A stretch of 10,437 nt of DNA from Candidatus Woesearchaeota archaeon (GTDB lineage: Archaea; Nanobdellota; Nanobdellia; Woesearchaeales; DSVV01), in contig JBDRKY010000082.1 in the NCBI GenBank assembly GCA_043813525.1, forward strand, positions 1 to 10,437, read 5' to 3'. Below are positions 1-6,328 of the stretch, piece after piece. Position 1 is the stretch's first letter, and every line of letters starts with the position of its first letter. Both the position numbers and the translations under genes were made by a program. Below the pieces are notes generated by a model. The model saw only the letters and a program-made list of their open reading frames with translations. It was not told the DNA's origin and made no database searches.

Positions 1-149
1 TGTTGTTTTTGAGTATATAAATAATTAATTATTATATTAATCAGGTAACTACAATTAAAAAAGTAAAAGAAACATGAACTTTTCTCGTCGGAAAAATTTG
101 AATAATTACAGAAAATTAGCTGAACTGTTCAATGTGAGTTACATACGAG

Positions 150-194
150 AACTACCAATAAATTTATAAAACTAAGAAATAATATTACTAAATC
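150..194 (+). promoter_or_regulatory. Putative archaeal promoter (TATA-like TTTATAAA at 164-171) for the MscS-like gene; the transcript would be essentially leaderless
   Basis: An AT-rich box sits about 25-30 nt upstream of ATG 195 and there is no SD-like GGTG between them. It resembles the ATTTATAAAT boxes at 5355 and 5379. Confidence 0.3.
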
Positions 195-797
195 ATGATA
201 AGTCCAGAAACAACAGAACTACTAAACCAGAGTTTGCTGACAGCAACAGACAGAACAGCTTACTTATCTTCAAAGATAAAACCAATCTTCAAAGATGTTG
301 TAATAGCAGTAATAATACTTCTCATTGGCTTGATAATTGGAAAGATTGTTGGCAGGATCATTCAAAAATTGCTAAATAGCCTAGAATTAAATATGTTGAT
401 CAGAAAAACAACAGGGATAAGAATAAGGATTGAAGAGTTTTTAGGTAAAGCCACAGAATATATCATATTTTTCATTGCTATAATAATGGCATTAGATGTA
501 TTAAACCTAACATCATCCATAGCTTATATTATATCATTGATAATATTGATGATAATAACAATATCTGTCTTTGTCAGCATAAAAGATTTTTTCCCAAATA
601 TTATTTCAGGCATATATCTGTTAAAGAAAAACCAATTCAAAGAAGGTGACATAATAAAGGTAGACACAATAGAAGGGAAAATCATACAGATAAACCTGAC
701 AGACATAAAAATTGAAACAAAAAAAGGAGATATAATATTCATCCCCTGCTCTTTATTCACTAAAAAAGAATTTATAGTAAAAAGCAAAAAGAAATGA
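195..797 (+). CDS. Small MscS-family mechanosensitive channel-like protein (mini-MscS, 200 aa)
   Basis: It has three hydrophobic helices followed by the MscS hallmark beta-domain pattern, FFPNIISGIYLL...FKEGDIIKVD.IEGKIIQINL..IKIETKKGDIIFIPCSLF, which matches the PF(R)VGD.I...G..G.V..I.LR.T.IRT.DG..V.IPNS motif. The protein ends shortly after this motif, so the C-terminal alpha/beta domain of canonical MscS is absent. The ATG start is at 195. Confidence 0.6.
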   Translation: MISPETTELLNQSLLTATDRTAYLSSKIKPIFKDVVIAVIILLIGLIIGKIVGRIIQKLLNSLELNMLIRKTTGIRIRIEEFLGKATEYIIFFIAIIMALDVLNLTSSIAYIISLIILMIITISVFVSIKDFFPNIISGIYLLKKNQFKEGDIIKVDTIEGKIIQINLTDIKIETKKGDIIFIPCSLFTKKEFIVKSKKK

Positions 798-801
798 AAA
801 A

Positions 802-1047
802 CTAAAGCATCTCTAAGGCACTGACCAGATTCCATATCTGCGATCTGGTGTAAGGTTCAATGTTATTATCATCTCCAACTTCGTCAAGTTCGTCTAATGC
901 TTTGTTTACCCTTATGTTCAAATCTGTCTTTTCCTTCAAAGAATTCATAGCATTCTCTATCTTAAGCTTAACATTTTTTGGAACTGCAGAATCATCAAGC
1001 AATTCATTCATCACATTGATTATACTTTCAACTTTTTCTTCGCTCAT
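802..1047 (-). CDS. UPF0147-family small archaeal protein, about 81 aa, starting at ATG 1047 (MSEEK...); the ORF track extends it to a TTG at 1062
   Basis: The 86-aa ORF has the pattern helix-VP.N(V/I)+..IE.A...L...-IR...AL..LDE...D.N...Y.R..IWN..S.LE, which I recall as typical of archaeal UPF0147 proteins. The conserved neighbourhood next to prefoldin beta supports the call. The assignment is made from memory of the family and is not searched. Confidence 0.45.
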   Translation of the reverse strand: MSEEKVESIINVMNELLDDSAVPKNVKLKIENAMNSLKEKTDLNIRVNKALDELDEVGDDNNIEPYTRSQIWNLVSALEML

Positions 1048-1076
1048 TTTCAATGCTCTCAATTAATTTCAAAAAA

Positions 1077-1403
1077 TTACTTCTTCTTATCTTTCTTTTC
1101 CATATCAGACATGACTTCTTTCCTGATAGATTCTGCCTTTTGTTTAAGCTGAGTCTCCTGCTTCTCTATACTTTTCATCCTTAACTCAGTCCTTTCTTTC
1201 TTTTCATTAAGCTCCTTATCAAGATCCTCTTTAGACATCTTAACCATGACATTGCCAACAATCTTATAGGCATCCTCTGTTTTTCCAAGCTCTTCTAAAG
1301 CTGAATCAATCTCAACCATCTGACCTTGGAACTGCTGTTTTTGTGCAAGAACTTGCTGTAGATTCTGTTCAATCATCTGTAACTGATTTATTTTTTCAGA
1401 CAT
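1077..1403 (-). CDS. pfdB: Prefoldin beta subunit, about 108 aa from ATG 1403 (MSEKINQ...)
   Basis: The protein shows coiled-coil, beta-hairpin, coiled-coil organisation: QLQMIEQNLQQVLAQKQQFQ...ALEELGKTEDAYKIVGNVMVKMSKEDL...EKQE. The central (A)LEEL ... Y K.VG.V.VK motif is the prefoldin-beta signature. The first listed codon at 1418 is TTG. Confidence 0.75.
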   Translation of the reverse strand: MSEKINQLQMIEQNLQQVLAQKQQFQGQMVEIDSALEELGKTEDAYKIVGNVMVKMSKEDLDKELNEKKERTELRMKSIEKQETQLKQKAESIRKEVMSDMEKKDKKK

Positions 1404-1425
1404 ATAACTCACCAACAATTAATTT

Positions 1426-1674
1426 TTATTTATTCATTTTTTCATATACAGTCAATAATTTTGTAATATTATTCAATGACGCCCTCAAAGCAACTGAATC
1501 TGCAGCAACAATACATATCCTTATCTTATCCTTAAGCTTATCAACAAATAATTCACTCCTATCTCTCTTTTCTTGATTAAGCTCTGGAAAAAGTGCCTGA
1601 TAAAGATTTTCAGCCTCTTTATTCTTATCAGACATCCTTCCAAAATTGATTATGATTTCACCCTTATAGTCCAT
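1426..1674 (-). CDS. pcc1: KEOPS complex subunit Pcc1-like protein (82 aa)
   Basis: It is an approximately 80-aa protein with a KGEIIINF...A...YQALFPE...IRICIVAADSVALRASLNNITKLL pattern that resembles the Pcc1 A.DssALRa.vNs.LR core. It lies inside the conserved archaeal L37ae-RpoP-Pcc1-PfdB gene string. The start is an ATG at 1674. Confidence 0.5.
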   Translation of the reverse strand: MDYKGEIIINFGRMSDKNKEAENLYQALFPELNQEKRDRSELFVDKLKDKIRICIVAADSVALRASLNNITKLLTVYEKMNK

Positions 1675-1697
1675 TTTAATGTTTCTATAAACAATGT

Positions 1698-1844
1698 TTA
1701 TCTTGCATTGACTTTTGTCAATGAAGACCTTGGCTTAAATAAAATCTTACTACCGCAATAAGGGCATCTAATCTTTTTTCTAAGATAATCCTGTGAAACA
1801 ACTTTATTGCATTCAAAACATTTGTATTCAGTCATTTTCTTCAT
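1698..1844 (-). CDS. rpoP: DNA-directed RNA polymerase subunit P (Rpo12/RpoP, zinc ribbon), 48 aa. It is not in the supplied ORF track because it is under 60 aa.
   Basis: Manual translation of the minus strand from ATG 1844 gives MKKMTEYKCFECNKVVSQDYLRKKIRCPYCGSKILFKPRSSLTKVNAR*. This matches the RpoP consensus Y.C..C.......L.....RCPYCG.KIL.K.R, with two CxxC pairs. It sits between L37ae and Pcc1, exactly as in the archaeal superoperon. It overlaps the 3' end of the L37ae ORF by 17 nt. The stop is at 1698-1700. Confidence 0.7.
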   Translation of the reverse strand: MKKMTEYKCFECNKVVSQDYLRKKIRCPYCGSKILFKPRSSLTKVNAR

Positions 1845-2211
1845 ATAAATCATTCAATGATTTTTTTTTAGGTTCTTCTGATTTTTTCTCAGAATACCTA
1901 AAAGTCTCTTCATCTGATTCTTCAGATTCATCCTCTTGCTCATCTAATTCTTCTACTGATTCTTCTTTTGATTCTGATTCAACAGCAGATCTTTTCTTCT
2001 TTGCTAAAGTATAAGCCTTGCCAGTAAACTTATTTTCACATTTACTGCATTGCCATATTCCTACAGCAATCCTCTTAACTTTAATCTGGTTACAAAAAGG
2101 ACATTTATGAAGTTTTCTCTGTTCTTTCTCAATCTCACCAAACCTAAGTTTAGGTGTCCTACCATATCTTGTTCCAAACCTTTTTATTGAACCTGTATTT
2201 ATTTTAGCCAT
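1828..2211 (-). CDS. rpl37ae: Ribosomal protein eL43 (L37ae), 127 aa, with an unusual roughly 55-aa acidic/Ser-rich C-terminal extension
   Basis: MAKINTGSIKRFGTRYGRTPKLRF....HKCPFCNQIKVKRIAVGIWQCSKCENKFTGKAYT is the canonical L37ae C4 zinc ribbon. The start is ATG 2211, with a TTAAATAAATA box about 20 nt upstream and no SD, so it is probably leaderless. The tail SAVESESKEESVEELDEQEDESEESDEE...LYEEND has no counterpart in typical eL43 proteins of about 90 aa. Confidence 0.85.
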   Translation of the reverse strand: MAKINTGSIKRFGTRYGRTPKLRFGEIEKEQRKLHKCPFCNQIKVKRIAVGIWQCSKCENKFTGKAYTLAKKKRSAVESESKEESVEELDEQEDESEESDEETFRYSEKKSEEPKKKSLNDLYEEND

Positions 2212-2243
2212 ATTTAATCACTTTGTATTTATTTAATCGAAAT

Positions 2244-2432
2244 GGGGCTGCCCAGACTTTCATAAAGTGATAAATTGTAAGCTGTATATAGTAGAATTCC
2301 TACCACTTACCACTAATTACTTACCACTCTTTTTGAACTGGGGTCCGCTGGTTTTTTATAAGGTTTGCTTAAACAATCTCAAGTAAAACCTGCCCAAACC
2401 AGCAAGGATAGACCAAACTACCCCACAGCCCC
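2244..2432. ncRNA. Candidate structured non-coding element or foreign GC-rich insertion of about 190 nt; class unknown
   Basis: Local GC is far above the window background. There is no ORF of 60 aa or more. Terminal GGGGCTG (2244-2250) is the exact reverse complement of CAGCCCC (2426-2432). Internal complementary pairs include GCTGG 2347-2351 with CCAGC 2399-2403, and GGGG 2340-2343 with CCCC 2421-2424. It also contains the TACCACT heptamer array at 2301-2328. Strand is undetermined. Confidence 0.25.
2301..2328. repeat. Tandem heptamer array TACCACT-TACCACT-AATTACT-TACCACT
   Basis: The array is read directly from the sequence: three perfect copies and one variant copy of a 7-mer in direct tandem, lying inside the GC-rich non-coding island. 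Confidence 0.6.
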
Positions 2433-2523
2433 AAATAAGCTGAACCATTTTAAGTATTATTGATTAAATAAGAGATTTAGAATTGCTTTATAAATGTTTT
2501 GGATGAAGCATATGAAATATGGT

Positions 2524-3417
2524 TTATTTCGTTAAAATAACAATTTCATCATCTATAAGCAAAGTATGCTCATGCTGAGACACCATACCATCACTAACTT
2601 CAGGCAATGGCGAATATTCATGTAAATTCTTATTCAATATGAGCTGCCTCAAAGCAAGCTTAACCCTGTTTTCAGGGAATTTCTTAATAAGATCCCTTGT
2701 TGAAAAGGGAAGCTTATTAAAACCTTTTATTTCCTCAAAAACTTTTCTGGCAAACATATCTCTTATGGGCTTATCATTAACCTGCATAAAAATATTAGGA
2801 TGGCTGCCTTCCTTGATCCTGCCGCCGCCTGTGGTTGCAAACGGCTCAATAGCAACAATCATGCCTTTCTCAAGCTTTGTTGTATCACCATTATTATAAT
2901 TAGGGATTGTTGGAGCAGTATGAACCATAAACAGATCTAAACCATGACCTGAAAGATTTCTTATAGGATTAAACCCATAACCTGTGATTGTCTCACTTAT
3001 AACTTTACCAATTTCACCAAGTGTCACACCTGCTTTTATAATCTTCAAAGCATTATCTACTGCAACCCTGCTTGCCTCAACCAGCTTATCATATTTTCCA
3101 GACAGATCAAAGGTATAAGCAGTATCACCTATCGCACCATTATAACACACGCCAATATCTACTTTAAGCAGTTGCTCTTTCAATATTGTCTGATCATCAG
3201 GAGATGGAGTATAATGAGCTGCAAAATTATCTGAACTAAGATTGACAGGAAATCCAGGCTGCGCTCCAAAAGCACGTATCTTATCCTCAATCTGTTCTGC
3301 CACATCTAACAATTTAGCACCTGGCTTGATTATTGTCTTAGAAAATTCCCTAACATCAGAAGCAATCTTACCTGCTTTTATCCAATCTGCATATTTTTTT
3401 TCAAGTTCTTTGTTCAT
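2524..3417 (-). CDS. map: Methionine aminopeptidase, type 2 (archaeal MAP2), about 297 aa from ATG 3417 (MNKELEKKY...)
   Basis: The protein aligns along its whole length with archaeal MAP2, including FPVNLS.N..AAHYTP, KVD.GV...G.I.DTA.T, NLSGH, and AIEPFAT.G.G plus QHEHT metal-binding motifs. A GGTG SD lies 6 nt upstream of ATG 3417. The longer ORF-track start at 3468 would overlap the upstream gene. Confidence 0.9.
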   Translation of the reverse strand: MNKELEKKYADWIKAGKIASDVREFSKTIIKPGAKLLDVAEQIEDKIRAFGAQPGFPVNLSSDNFAAHYTPSPDDQTILKEQLLKVDIGVCYNGAIGDTAYTFDLSGKYDKLVEASRVAVDNALKIIKAGVTLGEIGKVISETITGYGFNPIRNLSGHGLDLFMVHTAPTIPNYNNGDTTKLEKGMIVAIEPFATTGGGRIKEGSHPNIFMQVNDKPIRDMFARKVFEEIKGFNKLPFSTRDLIKKFPENRVKLALRQLILNKNLHEYSPLPEVSDGMVSQHEHTLLIDDEIVILTK

Positions 3418-3436
3418 GTATAACACCTTTATTAAA

Positions 3437-5332
3437 TCATTTCTTCTCCGCAAGATCAATAACACCATCTAATTTTTTTATCTCATTTATAATATCTTTC
3501 AATGCAATCGTATTATTCATCTCAACACTCAATGTGGTAACAACACTATCTTTCTTAGGTTTGGTGGTCACATTTTTAATATTAAGCCCGTAAGTAGCAA
3601 TAAGATTGAGAACATTTGCAAGAATACCTATCTTATCTTCAAGACTCAGATTTAATTTAATCACTGGAGATGTTCTCTGCTCTATCCATAAGACAGGCAC
3701 TTCTTTGTTCTTATCAAGAGAATATATATTTGGACAGTCTTTCTTATGCACTGTGATTTTTTTATCTTTTGTGTAAAAACCAATGATAGGATCCAATAGT
3801 TTAGGATTGCAGCATTTAGATATCTTTAACGGCGCTTTCTTGCCTACAATCTGGATACGCCTTGATAAATCAACAGGTAATTCTGATAAATCTTTCTTCT
3901 GCTGATCTATATCCATATTCAATATAGATTTTATCTTGCTTCTTGCCTTGTTGGTCTTTACAAATTTTAACCATTGACGGGAAGGCGTTGCATTCTTATT
4001 CACAATAATCTCTATGATATCTCCAGAATCAACAGCAGTCTCCAGAGGGACAATCTTATTATTGACAAGAGCCTTAGAACAATGATTGCCAATATTTGTA
4101 TGAACCATGTAAGCAAAATCAACAGGAGTAGAACCACCAGGCAAAGTAATAGGATCACCTTTTGGGGTAAAAACAACAATCTCATCCTCGAAAAGATCAA
4201 TCTTCAAAGTTTCAATGAATTCTGAAGAATTGCTTGCTAAATTTCTCCATTCCAACATCTGTTTCAGCCATGATATCTTCTTATCAAACAGTTTATCACG
4301 TTCAGTGCCATGATAACGCCAATGCGCTGCAACACCATCCTCAGCAATATGATGCATCTGCTCTGTCCTTATCTGAAATTCCAAAATCTTGCCTGAATCA
4401 GTAATCACAGTAGTATGCAAACTCTGATAACCATTTGATTTTGGCACAGAGATATAATCCTTGAACCTATGTGGAATTGGCTTATTATGGTCATGTATCA
4501 GACCTAAAGCAGCATAACAATCAGGAATAGTCTTTGTGATTATCCTAATAGCAATAAGATCATAAATCTCATTAAAGCCAACATTCTTCTTTTTCATCTT
4601 TTTATAGATACTATAGAAGTATTTTGCACGGCCAGACACATCAGCAGATATATTTTTATCATTAAGGCTTTTTTTTATTGATCTAATAAGATCTTGAGTA
4701 TGTTTTTCACGCTCATTTCTCTTTTCAGCAATCTTGCTTGCTAAAAACCTATAAACATCAGGCTCAATATACCTAAGGGATAAATCTTCCAACTCACCTT
4801 TTACCCTCCACATGCCAAGCTTATGAGCGATAGGAGCATAAATCTCTAAAGTTTCCTTTGACACGCGTTTCTGCTTATCCTTAAGCAATACTTTCAAAGT
4901 TCTCATGTTATGAAGCCTGTCAGCAAGCTTGATCAGCATAACCCTTATATCCCTTGCTGTTGCGATGAGAATCTTCCTTAAATTTTCTGAAGTATAATCT
5001 TCTTTATTATCAAAATGCACCTTGTCAATCTTTGTGACACCTTCAACAAGACCTGCTATCTCACTGCCAAAAATACTGTTGATCTTTTCAATGCTGATAG
5101 AAGTGTCCTCAACAATGTCATGAAGCAAAGCAGCACATATTGTAGCTGAATCTGCTTTCAGATCAAGAAGGATATTGGCAACTTCAATAGGATGTGAAAA
5201 ATACTCTTCACCACCAACTCTCTTCTGGCCTTTGTGAGCTTTTTCTGCCAAGACATATGCTTTCTTGATTAAAGCGACATCTGCTTTTGGATTATATCTT
5301 AATATTGTTTTAATAAGTTCAGATAATCTCAT
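3437..5332 (-). CDS. Long bifunctional RelA/SpoT homologue (Rel-type (p)ppGpp synthetase/hydrolase) of about 631 aa, with HD hydrolase, synthetase, TGS, CC and ACT domains
   Basis: The N-terminal HD domain carries HP...LLHDIVEDT. The synthetase domain has GRAKYFYSIYKKMKKK, EIYDLIAIRII, YQSLHTTV and EFQIRTEQMHHIAE. The TGS region reads VFTPKGD...LPGGSTPVDFAY.VHT.IG, there is a KCCNP Cys motif, and the C-terminus is ACT-like. The probable start is ATG 5332 (MRLSELIKT...); the listed 5338 codon is TTG. The TGA stop at 3437-3439 lies 17 nt upstream of the MAP2 ATG. Confidence 0.9.
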   Translation of the reverse strand: MRLSELIKTILRYNPKADVALIKKAYVLAEKAHKGQKRVGGEEYFSHPIEVANILLDLKADSATICAALLHDIVEDTSISIEKINSIFGSEIAGLVEGVTKIDKVHFDNKEDYTSENLRKILIATARDIRVMLIKLADRLHNMRTLKVLLKDKQKRVSKETLEIYAPIAHKLGMWRVKGELEDLSLRYIEPDVYRFLASKIAEKRNEREKHTQDLIRSIKKSLNDKNISADVSGRAKYFYSIYKKMKKKNVGFNEIYDLIAIRIITKTIPDCYAALGLIHDHNKPIPHRFKDYISVPKSNGYQSLHTTVITDSGKILEFQIRTEQMHHIAEDGVAAHWRYHGTERDKLFDKKISWLKQMLEWRNLASNSSEFIETLKIDLFEDEIVVFTPKGDPITLPGGSTPVDFAYMVHTNIGNHCSKALVNNKIVPLETAVDSGDIIEIIVNKNATPSRQWLKFVKTNKARSKIKSILNMDIDQQKKDLSELPVDLSRRIQIVGKKAPLKISKCCNPKLLDPIIGFYTKDKKITVHKKDCPNIYSLDKNKEVPVLWIEQRTSPVIKLNLSLEDKIGILANVLNLIATYGLNIKNVTTKPKKDSVVTTLSVEMNNTIALKDIINEIKKLDGVIDLAEKK

Positions 5333-5338
5333 CAACAA

Positions 5339-5469
5339 TAAGTATAGATAAGAGATTTATAAATCTTTTCTCCGAAAAATTTATAAATGAATGTTGACAG
5401 GATAAAATCAGTAATTAATCAACCATTAAAATTAAATAAGCTTAAATTGCAAAAAAAGAGGTGTTTAGT
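5339..5469. promoter_or_regulatory. Divergent intergenic or promoter region with two copies of the palindromic TATA-like box ATTTATAAAT (5355-5364, extended to GATTTATAAATC at 5354-5365, and 5379-5388)
   Basis: The region lies between the minus-strand RSH gene (start 5332) and plus-strand gene A (start 5470). The first box is 23-32 nt upstream of the RSH ATG, consistent with a leaderless mRNA. The second box could serve the plus-strand operon. The SD AGAGGTG sits at 5457-5463. Confidence 0.35.
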
Positions 5470-6048
5470 ATGAGATTTTCAAAGAATGCATCGCTGAACC
5501 TATCAGTAAATGCGATAGTTGTGTTTGTACTTGCGTTTTCTATGCTTGGTGTAGGATTGTATGTCACAAACCTTATCAGAGAGAATGTCGGTAGCGGAAT
5601 CACATCTGTTGTAAATATCCAAGACCTTAAAAGCCCGCCTTCTGCAGAAGACCCAATCACTGTTTCCAGAGAAATCACCTTGAAAAAAGGCAAAGAGATT
5701 AAGATTGATATTGGTTATTATAACAAAAACACAGAAGAAGCAACAAATGCAAAGATTGGAATTGGAGATTGTATAAAACCTGATGGCGAACAACTGATAC
5801 TTGAAGGTGGTGGTACCTCAGATGATGCATTGTTAGTAGTTTCTCCATTTGCAAAATCAGTAGGAGCAAGCGAAGGAAAAGGATACAAAGTAAAAATTGT
5901 AGATAACTCTAAAAATACAGGTGATCCATTGACAACAGGAAGTTATGTATGTACAATGATTGTATTTGACCCTGCATTAGGAACAGGATGGGGATCATAT
6001 GATGAACCATATGAATCAAAACAATTCTTCCTGAATCTAGTATCATAA
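5470..6048 (+). CDS. Secreted or surface protein A (192 aa) with a pilin-like (class III / type IV prepilin-like) N-terminus; function unknown
   Basis: The SD AGAGGTG is followed by 6 nt and then ATG 5470; the listed GTG 5461 lies inside the SD. The N-terminus MRFSKNA-SLNLSVNAIVVFVLAFSMLGVGLYV is short and basic and then runs into a hydrophobic helix of about 24 aa. It is followed by a Gly/Thr/Ser-rich, probably beta-rich domain with two Cys. No recognisable catalytic motif is present. Confidence 0.5.
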   Translation: MRFSKNASLNLSVNAIVVFVLAFSMLGVGLYVTNLIRENVGSGITSVVNIQDLKSPPSAEDPITVSREITLKKGKEIKIDIGYYNKNTEEATNAKIGIGDCIKPDGEQLILEGGGTSDDALLVVSPFAKSVGASEGKGYKVKIVDNSKNTGDPLTTGSYVCTMIVFDPALGTGWGSYDEPYESKQFFLNLVS

Positions 6049-6076
6049 ATTAATTTATCAAAAAGAGGTGATGATT

Positions 6077-6328
6077 ATGGCAAAAACAAAAAAATCAAAT
6101 GAAAGCAAAGCAGGAAAGAAAAAACTAACTGAAGACCAGGAATTTGAGATTATGAAATTAGTATTAGACAAATTTCTGTGGCTGGGATTTGCAATAATGG
6201 GTGTTGGATTCTTTGTTGCAGTATCTGGCGGATCTTTGTTCAACGCTGTATCTTACTTAGTAGCAGGAGCAGTTGTGCTAGTATTGTTTATGATCCTGAT
6301 TGTGAGAGAATACGAAATAATAAAATAG
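6077..6328 (+). CDS. Small two-TM membrane protein B (83 aa) with a Lys-rich cytoplasmic N-terminus
   Basis: It uses the same SD geometry: AGAGGTG at 6064-6070, then 6 nt, then ATG 6077. It has two hydrophobic helices, FLWLGFAIMGVGFFVAVSGG and AVSYLVAGAVVLVLFMILIV, and shares the GVGFF motif with genes A and D. It lies 28 nt downstream of gene A. Confidence 0.5.
   Translation: MAKTKKSNESKAGKKKLTEDQEFEIMKLVLDKFLWLGFAIMGVGFFVAVSGGSLFNAVSYLVAGAVVLVLFMILIVREYEIIK

Noticed and set aside
524-835. 103-aa minus-strand ORF, antisense within the MscS-like gene
   Set aside because: It lies entirely antisense to a well-supported CDS. Its sequence is low-complexity (F/I/N-rich), typical of an AT-rich shadow ORF, and it has no SD or TATA.
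825-854. CCAGAT...ATCTGG inverted repeat (6-bp stem, 18-nt loop)
   Set aside because: It lies inside the UPF0147 coding sequence, the stem is short and the loop is long. It is probably a chance palindrome. The 4-nt gap between the convergent stops (797 and 802) leaves no room for a dedicated terminator anyway.
860-1066. 68-aa plus-strand ORF (Ser-rich), antisense to UPF0147
   Set aside because: It is a shadow ORF of the minus-strand gene. It has low complexity and no start-signal context.
1343-2014. Plus-strand ORFs at 1343-1576, 1573-1761 and 1793-2014, antisense to pfdB, pcc1, rpoP and rpl37ae
   Set aside because: All overlap better-supported minus-strand genes and consist of low-complexity S/F/L-rich peptides.
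2244-2432. Tried to read the GC-rich island as a tRNA (including a split or intron-containing tRNA), SRP RNA or RNase P RNA
   Set aside because: No GTTCRANYC T-loop with a paired T-stem next to the acceptor-like ends could be built on either strand. The SRP helix-8 core (GGUCCGGAAGGAAGCAGC) is absent; only GGUCCG and CCAGCAAGG fragments are present and they are 60 nt apart. A GAAAGUCUGGGC string (minus strand) resembles RNase P CR-I but sits at the wrong end, and the element is too short. It is left as an unclassified candidate ncRNA.
2639-3472. Plus-strand ORFs at 2639-2899 and 3242-3472, antisense to map
   Set aside because: The map gene on the opposite strand has full-length homology to MAP2. 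These are antisense shadow ORFs.
3974-4225. ORFs at 3974-4225 (+) and 4012-4200 (-) inside the RSH gene
   Set aside because: They are internal or antisense ORFs within a gene with continuous RelA/SpoT homology. The minus-strand one is a Leu-rich frame artefact.
5442-5793. Minus-strand ORFs at 5442-5693 and 5503-5793, antisense to gene A
   Set aside because: They have no signals and overlap the SD-supported gene A. They have the composition typical of shadow ORFs.
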